Part shown: piece after piece, positions 25,984 to 38,310 of the stretch
How positions within the stretch are numbered: position 1 is the stretch's first letter
Layout: each line of letters begins with the position of its first letter
Assembly: GCA_964016885.1 (NCBI GenBank)
Contig: OZ024755.1
Coordinates: 23,436,001-23,500,000, forward strand
DNA length: 64,000 bases
DNA from: Eledone cirrhosa
Taxonomy: Eukaryota
Direction: 5' to 3'
Notes under the pieces: model-generated
What the model was told of the DNA's origin: nothing
What the model saw: the letters and a program-made list of their open reading frames with translations, nothing else
The model's database searches: none
Program-made: the position numbers and the translations under genes

Positions 25984-26403
25984 TTGCTCTACGGTTTTTA
26001 TATATATATTTATAATATGTATTATAATATAATATTATCCTTATCGAGCCCACTTCGGATTTTAGTCTTCACATTTATTATTATTACTATATATATATAT
26101 ATATATATTATTTATATCTTTATTTATCTCTCCTTTTCTTTTCTTCACGTTTCTCTCTCTCTCTCTCCGTCTTTTTACTTATCCTTAACACTACGATTTA
26201 CTAAAGTAAACAAACCACTATCCTGATGTCTTCCAAAAGTAAAGGTCGCATTTTGAAAGGGTACGTCAATGTCTATTTATAAAACTGGTATATATTGTAT
26301 TTTGTCTGATGAAGGCATACCATAATTTAACTTGGTATCCTTGAAATATGTATAATGAAATAAATATAGTTTTATAAATATAGTTTCCATTTGTTAATAT
26401 CGT

Positions 26404-26436
<33 letters not shown>

Positions 26437-28712
26437 TATATATATAGAGAGTTAATATTTCTATAAATTCATAAATGTCTTTTCCTGGTACCTCAGTTCA
26501 AAGCAGAAATTTAAACCTACTTTCTTTCCACTCCAGTTCTCATCAAAGGCCAATGTAACACACCCCAGATCCACCATGCCTTGACAGGTTGTCAGACTGA
26601 AAGAGAAATCCTATCAAATACCAGTGAGGTAGCCAGTGACACCAATTACACCAAACTCTGCAAGTGAGTCAGAAATATTTTCTCATTTGTTTATTTCTAT
26701 TTCCTCATCATACTTATCCCTTTTGATACCAAACTGCCTGAAACCAGCCCTGCTTTTATGATACAAATTAATTTATTTTTAAATGTTTATATTTATCTAC
26801 AAACCATCCGTCATAATTTTATGTAAGAATCTTGGTTATGTGCGATATACTGGTTTAATAATTATCAATTTAATTTTATAACTAAATCCCTCAAAATTCA
26901 GCCAAATCCTGTCAGAATTCTCTCACCTCTTTCTGTTCAAACCAGCCAAAACTGGCTGCTCATACCTATGTTAAGGTATTGATCTCCAAATAAATGATAT
27001 CAAAATCTTGTAGATTCAATATTATGTCAAATAATTATGTGAGATAAAGCCTTTACCATGAAAATACAATAGTAAATATAGAATAATGTAAATGCTGAAG
27101 TGTTAAAGGTAGCCCTAGTTTAGATAGCATTTTGGGTTTCATGTACAAAATACTAATAAATAAATTCAACAATCTGACTTAATGTAATCAGAGCTATCGA
27201 TCAACTGATGAAGAACAAACGAGGAGGTGCAAATAAGAGTTGAGATGTTTATAATTTTCTCAAGGACATTATTGTCATAAAAGATGTGAAAGAGGCCCAT
27301 ACTGAGTGGCAAACTTGGACACAAAGTTTGCTGCATCTTCTTCTTCACCCACTTATTTCTGAGATGGTCGCGCGGGCAGAGTTCTCAAACACTCCTCCCA
27401 GTGGGTCCTGTCAGAAGCAACCGTCTCTAACTGACCCGGCTGGTCAAGCTCATCGAACTGTGACCTCTCAATTCGGAGAAGTAGCAGCCCTACCTGGCGT
27501 GACTCTTTGATCTCCAAGCTACAAATCTGTCAAGTGATTCTTTCCTGAGATATTCTAACCACATGCCCATAGTATCGGAGCTGCCATCTCTCAATTCGGA
27601 AAAATATTGGTTCTAGTTTTTAAATATTCAACTAGACATAACAGTAACTTTTTGTATGGGAGTAAGCCAGTCAATTGTCTTGATGTCATTATGCCCCAGG
27701 TACCTATCTTATCAATGATAGGATCCCAACTATGAACTAATAGTGTAATGTATTTAATCTGATACTATAATGTCATTCAATACTGTAATGTTTTATTATT
27801 GCCCTCCACTATCTTGGCCATCTCCGCAGCTGTTTTTATATAAATTAATTTAAACAGATGTACACATGTAATGTGATGCACACAGGGGAACTAAAAATAT
27901 ACTCTTCTGAACAAACATGTCACCTAACCAATTTTTCTTACATATTTGTTTCATGTACAGATATTTAGTAGGCTCCAGAGGATATGAAGAATCATCTTAC
28001 TTTCCTGTAGATATTATTTCTTACTATTCTATAAATATGTATTAATTTGTTTTTAAAAGAGACTATAATCATGTGAGCAGTATTTTTTAAATGAGTCATT
28101 AAATAATAACAGATTCTGTAGGGGATATCATTAATTAAATTGTTAAGCTTAGCTGTTCCCATAAAGAATAATTTTTTTTTACAAATGCATCCAGGAGGGT
28201 TTTAAAAAAATGAACGAATTAGGAGACATTCAGAATAGGTCATAATATCTTAAGCAGAGGAATTTTCTGGATACTATGAAGTGAAAAGGGATAGAGTTTC
28301 TTCATAAGAGTTGAACAATAAATAAGAAAGTTAAGATAGTATTAAGGTAGCCATGATTAGAGCTACAAATGACTCATACATATCATGATTCAGTCTAGAT
28401 TGGGATGTTGTAAACAACTGATATAATAAATGTTGTAACATCTCTTATTGGTTCACACTAACTCAATCTCTTTATAGACTACTTATACAGGTCAACCTCA
28501 CTAATAGGGTTGTATGTGGAATCATATATGACACGTTTATATATAATCAACATCCCTTTAGCCTCACTATGAGATTTAAAAAATACTATTACTTGTTAAG
28601 TTCACTGGTAAGACAAGGCTGATTGAAAGAAAAAAAAGATCACTTGTTAAATTTTAAGGAAGTGTAAAAAAAATTTAATCAACCCTTTAGCATTCACATT
28701 ATTCTATATATA

Positions 28713-29049
28713 CTTTGGTTCGTGGAAACGTTCCCTGGCAAAGAACGGAAAAAAACAAAGATAATACGTCATTATTTGGAGCGCTGACAACAATTACACG
28801 CAAAGACAAAACCACATTTATGGTATAAATGAAGTCGTAGACTAATATTCTATTAGGTGGTTCGTGGAGACGTTCTCTGGCAATGAACGGAAAAAACGAA
28901 CCACCTAATAGAATATTAGTCTACGACTTCATTTATACCATAAACGTGGTTTTGTCTTTGTGTGTAATTGTTTTCACCGCTCCAAATAATGACGTATTAT
29001 CTTTGTTTTTTTTCTGTTCTTTGCCAGGGAACGTTTCCACGAACCAAAG
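28713..29049. mobile_element. Foldback-type element with ~153-bp inverted arms
   Basis: Arms 28713-28865 and 28896-29049 differ at about 6 positions; 30-nt spacer; TA on both sides. Confidence 0.9.
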
Positions 29050-29194
29050 TATCATCTTCCTTCGGTTGCATATTTACTTCTGGGTTTACAGATTGATTTT
29101 TTTAGTTTCAGAAGATCCTGTTAAGGGTGAAAGCAGCAATTCTTTGCTTAAACTTTAATCTGTTATTTTAATAAATATATATATATATATATAA

Positions 29195-29509
29195 ATGACC
29201 ATGGTTTTGTACCTAGAATGTTCCCCTCCGAAGCACAAGCCTGGGCAAGGTGTGTTTGTGGGAAACCACCAGTCGCCCATGCATGCCAGTCTCTCCTCTT
29301 CATGCCATCGATGTTGTTCAAGGGAAAGGCAATGGTTGATACAGCTTGGCATCAGTGATGTCACAATTCATTTCTACAGCTGAGTAAACTGGAACGATGT
29401 GAAATAAAGTGTCTTGCTCAAGAACACAATGCATCACCTGGTCTGAGATTTGAACACACAACCATTCGATTGTGAGCTTAATGCTCTAACCACTAAGTCA
29501 CACGCCTTC
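29195..29509 (-). mobile_element. tRNA-derived SINE family 2 (CORE-like); partial copies at ~20200-20365 (+), ~29817-29920 (+), ~51960-52065 (-)
   Basis: Minus strand reads GGCGTGTGACTTAGTGGTTAGAGC...GTTCAAATC followed by TGTGTTCTTGAGCAAGACACTT (CORE-like). Confidence 0.75.
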
Positions 29510-31609
29510 ATATATATATATGTATTCGCGACCATATTCTTTCGGTCATTTCCCAAGATTTATGACCATAGGTAAGGGCTGGCATGAATACCGAATTGAA
29601 GATAGCTGGTTTGGCTTTTACGCCTACCTCCTTTCTGATTACTGAATGATGGAGCTGAGTTTGCAATATTTAGTTTGCAATATTTAGTTTTGTATCTTTA
29701 TATCCTGTGTTTAAATCTCTTTCACTAGGTTTAACTTTGACTTTTATCTTGCAAGAGTTAATAAAACAATGATAATTTGGCATCAATCCAATTATCTTGA
29801 CTACATTTCCTAGTTTGAAGGCATGTGGCTGAGTGGTTAGAGAATTGGATTCACAATTGTGCGGTTGTGAGTTCGATTCCTGGACCAGGCAATGCATTAT
29901 ATACTTTATTTCACATTGTTCCTCCTGTCTGGATCTATGACTGGTAGATAGTATTACCAATTGAAAAAACCAATGGAAACATTGTTTCCTTGGTCCAATT
30001 TGATGAACTCCATCCCCACTTGTTAAATGAATGAGGTCTGGGATCTTGGCGATCGACTGTTAATATAAAAAATGCCTAGTCAAAAGCAATGAATATCTTA
30101 AAACCTTGAATACTTTTGCCAAAACCAATGAATGCTCACAAATAATGATGGTGCTCCAGCATAGCTAGAGTCAACTGGATGGAACTAGTTAAAAAGCAGT
30201 CAAATATACTTAGTCTCTTTCATACACATATTGGGTCTGTTTTCTTTCAGCTAAAGTAATGTATCAGAAAACAATGTTATCTTTGGAATTCTTCAGTACC
30301 AACAAACAGCAACAGGTAAACCATTCCAAAAGATAATACAACTCAATATCTAAAATAGGAAAACTACAATAAAAATAAATGTATTCTAGAAAAATATTAA
30401 GAGTAGGCGTAGGAAAACATTTTAGAAATAAGAACTAATTAAAATAAAACAAACTTATTTTGAATTGTTAATACATCATCACCACTGTTTAACGTTCATC
30501 AGCATTAAAACAAAACAAAACAAACAGGTAATTCCTTATTATCAAATACTTTAACAATTTAATGATGTCCATCCTCAATATCTGTCACTGAGATACAATA
30601 TATTTCACATATATTTCACATGTGGTGTCTTTAATTATTGCAAGAAGTTTACAGATTCTAAAATATAATTATTCTAATAAAGAGATTTTATTTCGAAAAT
30701 GAACCCTTTAGCATTTGAACTGGCCATATTCGGCCAGAATTCTCTCATCTCTTTCTGTTCAAACTGGCTGTAACTGGCCACTCATACTGATGTTAAGGTA
30801 TTGTTCAGAAAATAAATAACATCAAAATCTTGTAGATTCAATATTATGTGAGATAATTATGTGAGGTAAAACCTTTACGATGAAAATATAATAGTAAATA
30901 TAAAGTAATGTGAATGCTAAAGGGTTAAGGGTCGTATTTAAATATAAAACAGGTAAAATAAAACAGCTTTGTCACCTTCTTTTATCTTAAATCGTACAAC
31001 ACCTTTTGCATTGTTGAAGTCTTTGAATTACATACCTTCCTAAACTTAAGGCACAATGCTTTAACCCTTTAGCATTTAAACCAGCTGTATCCGGCTAGAT
31101 TCGATATTATGTGAGGTAAAGCCTTTACCATGAAAATATCATAGTATATATATAGAGGGTAATGTAATTGTTAAAGGGTTAAGCAAACTACAACACTCTC
31201 TTAGCTTTCATATAGTTATTTCAGCATCTGTTATATTACTGTAAACCCACTTGGTAGAGACTGTAACAGCTAATGTTAACTTCAACTCTTTTCAGTATGT
31301 TGAGGTGAAATAATTCCCATCAAAGTATATACACATTATAACAGTCCCATCAAATAAATAAATCAACTGTCAGAATGGCATGTTGAGCAGATATTTTCTC
31401 TCTTTCAAGCTATATCATACAAGATGTTGCACTGTTGTTTTGGATCTAAGTATGGATGTAAAACATTTCTTGTTAGGCATGGGTGGAGGTAATTCTATAT
31501 ATGCCTATTATCACTCACTGCTCTCAGTTACTTTATTTCTTCTCTCCATAGTTAAATATCTTTTTATTGTTTTCTAGGAATGATTACACTTCCTTTAGTT
31601 TGTAGAAAT

Positions 31610-31985
31610 ACTCGAGTGTCACTTTGAGTACGATGTGTAGAAGTAATGTGGGATAGAGGAGTAGGAGTACTAGAGTGTCACCTAGAGTACTGATGAGTAG
31701 AAGTAATGTGGGGGAGGGAGGGGGAATACTAGAGTGTCACTTTGAGTACGATGTGTAGAAGTAATGTGGGATAGGGGAGTAGGAGTACTAGAGTGTCACC
31801 TAGAGTACTGATGAGTAGAAGTAATGTGGGGGAGGGAGGGGGAATACTAGAGTGTCACTTTGAGTACGATGTGTAGAAGTAATGTGGGATAGGGGAGTAG
31901 GAGGAGTATTAGTGTGTCACCTAGAGTACTGATGAGTAGAAGTAATGTGGGGGAGGGAGGGGGAATACTAGAGTGTCACCTAGAA
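31610..31985. repeat. Minisatellite of alternating ~58-61-bp variants (dimer higher-order unit)
   Basis: TACTAGAGTGTCAC(T/C)T.GAGTAC..GATG.GTAGAAGTAATGTGGG repeated about 6 times in an A/B pattern. Confidence 0.9.
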
Positions 31986-32322
31986 CAGGCATGTCAAACA
32001 TACGGCCCTTTACAAGCACAACTGCGACCCGCACAAGGGTTTTTACAACACGACCATGTTTTATCTTCATAATATAAAACTTTTAAAATAAGTTGTAATG
32101 TGTGACCCTCAGGCAACAGATATGTGACCCATGTGGCCCTCAGACAACAGATATGTGACCCATGTGGCCCTCAGACAACAGATATGTGACCCATGTGACC
32201 CTCAGACAACAGATATGTGACCCATGTGACCCTCAGACAACAGATATGTGACCCATGTGGCCCTCAGACAACAGATATGTGACCCATGTGGCCCTCGGGG
32301 GACCCTCAGTTTGACATGTCTG
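31986..32322. mobile_element. hAT-type MITE containing an internal 31-bp tandem repeat
   Basis: TIR CAGGCATGTCAAAC / GTTTGACATGTCTG; 8-bp TSD ACCTAGAA / ACCTAGAG; about 6 copies of ATGTGACCCATGTG(G/A)CCCTCAGACAACAGAT at 32098-32296. Confidence 0.85.
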
Positions 32323-32344
32323 ACCTAGAGTACATGAGTCGAAA

Positions 32345-32995
32345 TAATGTGGAGGAGAGAAGAGGAGTACTAGAGTGTCACCTGTCATATGATAAGTAAT
32401 GCAGGAGGGGGGGGGGGATACTTGTGTCACCTGTCATATGATAAGTAATGCAGGGAGGAGGGATACTGTGTCCCCTGTCATATGATAAGTAATGCAGGGG
32501 GAGGGGGAACTTGTGTCACCTGTCATATGATAAGTAATGCAGGGGGAGGGGGTACTTGTGTTACTTGTCATATGATAAGTAATGCAGGGAGAAGGTATAC
32601 TAGTGTTACCTGTCATATGATGAGTAATGCAAGGGGGGGGGGAGGTATACTAGTGTCACCTGTCATATGAGTAATGCAAGGGGGGTATACTAGTGTCACC
32701 TGTCATATGATGAATAATGCAAGGAGGGGGAGGTATACTAGTGTCACCTGTCATATGATGAGTAATGCAAGGAGGGGGAGGTATACTAGTGTCACCTGTC
32801 ATATGATGAGTAATGCAAGGAGGGGGAGGTATACTAGTGTCACCTGTCATATGATGAATAATGCAAGGAGGGGGAGGTATACTTGTGTCACCTGTCATAT
32901 GATGAGTAATGCAAGAAGGGGGAGGTACACTAGTGTCACCTGTCATATGAGGAGGATCACAGGGAGAAATACTAAAGTGTCCCCTGTCATACAAT
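32345..32995. repeat. 45-48-bp minisatellite related to 31610-31985
   Basis: Unit GTATACTAGTGTCACCTGTCATATGATGAGTAATGCAAGGAGGGGGAG; it explains the repetitive ORFs at 32434-32997. Confidence 0.95.
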
Positions 32996-35900
32996 GAGTA
33001 TAAGTAACACAGGGGTGAGGTGGGGTTTGGAGTACTAGAGCCAGAATAGAATGGAGAGTCTCACTCATCCATGTCTGGCCTCAGCGTGTAACAACCAAAC
33101 TCTTGCAAACATGGAAAATAAATATAAAACAGTGATAATGGTAATAGTTGTTTCTACTTTAGGCACAAGGCCAGCAATTTTGGGGGATTAAGGGGGAAAG
33201 TTGATTAAATTAAACCAGTGCATTACTGGTACTTTATTTTATCAACCCTGTAAGGATGAAAGGCAAAGCAAACCTCAGCGGGATTTGAACCCAGAACGTA
33301 AAGGTCCGTAATTCTATGTCACGAAGCAGGGTGTCCAATGCTCTACTGATTGGCACTTTTGGCACAAGGCCAGCAATTACCCCAGTGCATTACTGGTATT
33401 TATTTTATCGGCCTCGTAAGCGTAAGGATGACAGGCAAAGCTAACCTTGGTGGGATTGAACTCAGAATGCAAAGGGCCGTAACTCTATGCAATGAAGCAG
33501 GGTGTCTGGCGCTCTACCGATTCTGCCAATTGATGGTAATAATGATTCAATAATATAGACGCTATAATTATAGCTGTTTTCTAATGGTATTGAAGTGTGG
33601 ATGTGAGAAGATTGTTGAAGTTCATCAGTATTTAATTTGAGTTGAAATTGATCTTGAGTTAATTCTTCTCTTTATTTTGTCGCATAACCCTTTAGTATTT
33701 AAAACCGTCCATATCTGGCCAGAATTCTCTCACCTCTTTCTGTTCAAACCAGCCATAACCAGCTGCTCATACTGATGTTAATGTATTGTTCTCAATATAA
33801 ATAATATCAAAATCTCATAGATTCAATATTAGGTGAGGTAAAGTCTTTACAGTGAAAATATAATAGTAAATATAGAGTAATGTAAATGGTAAAGGGTTAA
33901 GGAAGAATTGTTCTCTTAAAAAAGTCCATTGCACTTTACTTCTTGCTAGTACATGTTCCTAATTATTAATTTTAACATAGTATGATTTATTTGTAATTGC
34001 AGAAAATAGTTAATTTGATTCAGCTTTCATACAGTAATATTTTTGAGAGAAACAGAAAGTGTTGTGTGGTTATGTATGTTAAACAATCAAGAGTTTACTC
34101 TGGGTGAGGTTAAGCTCAAATTGTGGATATATTTAAAGTCATATAAATATGACTATTGCTTTTCTTTTGACATGTTTTAGCAAACTTTTATTCTTTATGG
34201 CTTCTAGTCAAAGAAAAATGTAGGAGAAGGCTTACTGAGTTATGTCTGCTTCCATAAATAAACTAAAGTAAATATATAAAAGAAAAGCGAAAACAGGAAA
34301 CCAGAGATAAGTGAAGGGAGAAAACATTCAAGCATTAGGTAAAGGTTAACCAGACATTTCTCAGCTAAGTACAAACAGTTTTATTGTAAAAGTTAAAACC
34401 CCAGAAAAAAAAAATAGATCCTCTACTACTTTCCACCCAACAAAGTTTTTCAATAGCAAGTATCTATCCGGCTTTCTTTGTTTGAGAAAGAATTTAGCAG
34501 TTACCTTCATACTCAACACCAATACTTTCAATCATGTGATATAAGCCAATGACGGTGCCTCTATGCAATCACTACCTGCCAGGAGTAGCAGCTTAATACC
34601 TTTCAAATCACACAGTACCATGTTAAATAAAGGAAAAACTAGACAACAATATAAAAAAAAAGGAGATAATAATCATTATGTGATATGAGAATACTAGAAA
34701 CCTTATGAAGAAATTCATCATATATAAAGAAATGGTAAATACATATTCTTCTTTGCCCGCTTATTCCTGAGAGAGTTGTGGAGGTAGAGTCCTCAAACAC
34801 TCCCTTCAGCAGGTCCTGTCAGAAGCAACCGTCTCCAACTGATCTGGTTGGATCCTCTGGCGCGACCAGCCAAGCTCATGGATGTTATTCAACTGTCTTC
34901 CTCAGGGTCTACCTCAGGGTCTACCCCTGGGTCTCCAGCCAGTTGGTTTGTCCATAAAATATGTCCAGCGATTCTTTCCGGAGACATTCTAACCTCATGG
35001 TAAATACATGATAATGAAATATAAAACAATGGATGAGGCATTGAATTCTAGCAATGATAGGAAACTTTCAGGAGAGTTGGACAGCAGAAGGTCTTCAGAG
35101 AAGAAACTTTACTTAAAAATATCATTGCTATTGTGTTTCTAATTATTATTTTAAAAAAGGGCAGTATTGGTAGGGGGTCAGACTCCAAGCTTTGCAGCAT
35201 AGAGTTAAGGCCCTTTAAAGTCTGAGTTTAAATCCCGCCGAGGTTAACTTTGCCTTTCATCCTTATGGGGGTCGATAAAATAAAGCACCAGTAATGCACT
35301 GGGATAATTGCTGTCCCTGTGCTCAAAGTAGAAACAATTATTTTAAAATAGGGAATTTCATTCAGCTTTCATACAGCATACATATAGAGAGAGCATGCAT
35401 ACATGCATGGATGTGTACACATTATGAGACATGAAATTAGCATTGAAATAGAGGGTTTGTAAGTAGGAGAACAAAAAAACAAAAACAAAACAGTTTAACC
35501 CTTTAGCATTTAAACCAGTCGTATCTGGCCAGAATTCTCTCCCACTTTCTGTTCAAACCAGCCGCTCATACTGATGTGAAGTTATTGTTATCAAAGTAAA
35601 TAACATTACAATCTCATAGATTCGGTATTATGTGAGATAATTATGTGAGGTAAAGCCTTTACCATGAAAATACAATAGTATATATAGAGTAAAGTAAATG
35701 GTAAAAATGTACATTCCTCTTATTCTGTTACATAATTGAAAAAAAATATTTCAAATATTCAAAAGATTACTAAATAAAAAACAATTATGCATTTAGCCCT
35801 ATAACTATTTCAGCTGCTGATATTTAAATGAAACTATGGAGCTATGAATTTTTGTTAGATTTTATTTTTCATGTAACTTGCTTCATATTTTTAGAATTTC

Positions 35901-36072
35901 TAAGGAATTACACTGCCTATGATAATCAACTGATTTTGAAAATAGTCAAGAATTTGGAGAGATTTAATAATACAACTAACTTTTTCAATATCAAGCTGGT
36001 GTTTGGATCACAACAAAGGTTCTTACAGAAAATTAGGATAGAGGTAGTTTTAGATACATATAAACACTTTAA

Positions 36073-36282
36073 CCCTTTAATTGCCAACCCAGCCAAAACC
36101 GACTCTGGTTCTATGAAATAAAATAACCAATTTTAAAGGTTTCTAATTTATATTAAAATCTCACAACATAATTTTATATAAGAATTTTACATTAAGTTAC
36201 TATCTTAGTAATGAAATAATTAATAAGTTTAGTAAATCCCTCAAAATTCTTCATTAATTAATTAAATGCAGTCATGAAAGGG
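36073..36282. mobile_element. Second TTAA MITE family (related pieces at ~15150, 26718, 36290, 43505-43678)
   Basis: TTAA-CCCTTT...AAAGGG-TTAA ends with a different internal sequence (gccaaaacc..ctctggttctatga). Confidence 0.65.
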
Positions 36283-38016
36283 TTAAAACAAATAATTTTG
36301 TATCATAGAACCAGGAGCAGTTTCAGGCAGTTTGGTATCAAAAGGTTTAATGCAAATAACTCCAGAGCTTACCACTGGCTTTATGAGTTCCTATGGTTTA
36401 TGATGTGGATGGAGAGCGGACTTCATTGATATTTCTGCAGATATGCTGAAGTTCTTAGTTGAACCATGTCTTAATTTGTATAAAACTATTTTAAAGGTAA
36501 ACACCAGTATACTTTGTTGAAAAGTGTAACTGAATGTACATGTCTTCTACTCTTCTTTTCTAAAGTTACTATAATTTTTATTGAAAAAAAATTGTTGACA
36601 GGAAATAATGTAAGTAAAATTATTAATTTCATTGTATTTCAGAGCATTTTTTAATTACATCAAATGTGTTGAACCTAAGTTAATTGGATGCAAGAGTTCT
36701 TCCCTTCGAGGTATCACTATTGTCAAGAAAACCTACAGTAAAGAACCCTACCACTGCACGTTAAATGGTAAGACAAATATATATAATATACAGTAAAGAA
36801 CTTACCACTGCATGTTAACTCCTTAGCATTTAAACCGGCCGTATCCGGCCAGAATTCTCCCACCTTTTTCTGTTGAAATTGGCCATAACTCGCCCCTCAT
36901 ACAGACTTTAACATATTGTTCTCAAAATAAATGATATCAAAATCTCATAGATTCGATATTATGTGAGATAATTATGTAAAGTAAAGCCTTTACTGTGAAA
37001 ATCCAATAGTATATGTATCCAATAGTAATGTAAATGCTAAATGGTTAAATATTAAGACAAAAATATATGACATACAGCAAAGAACCCTAAAGGCTGTCAC
37101 AAGCCAGAAGGCTCGTTAGGCCGGTGCTTATTCTGGACAGGATGCTAGTCCATTGCATGGTTAAAACCCCAGCTATTGCTGGTACTTATTTTCAGGATTT
37201 GAACTCAGAATTTAAAGGGTCATAACTAAATGCTATGATACATTTTGTCCTATGCTCTAACAATGTTCATGGAGTACAGAAAAGAAAATAAGTTCTAGAG
37301 TAACCACAACATGGAATAAAAAGTTACCAAAAACATTGCTGGTGAAGAATGTGACTACTAACAAAGGCTGTGTAGTTTATAGCATATCTTTGTCAACTGA
37401 GAAATGGCAGCGTTGTGGAGAAAAAATGTATCAATAGAACCTAAAAAAAAACTGGCTTATTTGAAATGAAAAAAAATCAAAGCAACCGTAAATACTTTGA
37501 CAAGTGATGAGAAAAGAAAAGTATGGAAAGTAGAAGAGGTATGTAGTTAAAAGCTAGGTATGAAAGTAACTTGTACATTTTTGTTTGGAGGAAGAAGGCA
37601 GAGCAAGATTCTTAAATGTATAAACAAAGGTGATGAAAAAGTGTAAAGCCTAACAAAATAGATGGAGAAAATAAATATAAAATTACACAAGAACAGGGGA
37701 GATGATGGAGGAATGTTAACTAAATAAAAGTATATGAATGGAACAAAAAGATACACTGAAGTGACTGTTTAACCATATATATGAAAGCATATGTAAATAC
37801 AGAGAAGACAAGTAAAATATGTAAGTTAGACAAAGCATATTAGGAAGAGAGATTATACTGAGCTTATAAAACTAAATATAGGTAAAATTATATTCTATAG
37901 TTGGTGTAGGAGTAAGAATACTGATTCTTGTCATAACAATTTCAAGGTCTATTGTTCTGTGACCCAAAACAATTGAAATTATTACTGCAGATTAATAATC
38001 TCATCAAAGGGAAGTC

Positions 38017-38310
38017 AAGCCCATAGCAGTGGAGACTTCTGGTGTCCTTGGCTCTAGGGTCACCTCCCTACTCACCACCATCGGCACAGAGTTGGCTACC
38101 CGCAGGTGTGAGCCTTGCAAGCTGGAAAAGCTCTTTCAGCGCGTCTCCCTCACCATCCTCTGGGGAAATGCCTTCTCTATTCTGTTTGCAGAGTAGCCAG
38201 CGTGTGGGTCCCCATTTGCTAATGATGGGGAGAGTGGGAGGGACGAGGCAGTGGCAGTGAATGGGAGTTTGGTTCCTTTGAGTTTGGACCTGGTATATAT
38301 GTATGTTTCA
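38017..38310 (+). mobile_element. CRE-like retrotransposon 3' fragment (REL C-terminus plus 3' UTR)
   Basis: Translates KPIAVETSGVLGSRVTSLLTTIGTELATRRCEPCKLEKLFQRVSLTILWGNAFSILFAE*; clearly homologous to 56811-57030. Confidence 0.8.

Noticed and set aside
26521-26596. Minus-strand segment with a good acceptor and donor
   Set aside because: It has no MINDY similarity, and its length is not frame-preserving for a phase-0 intron; at most a cryptic exon.
32233-32997. Repetitive ORFs (HMTGDTSIPPPPC / TCHMMSNARRG)
   Set aside because: They are translations of a minisatellite, open on both strands.
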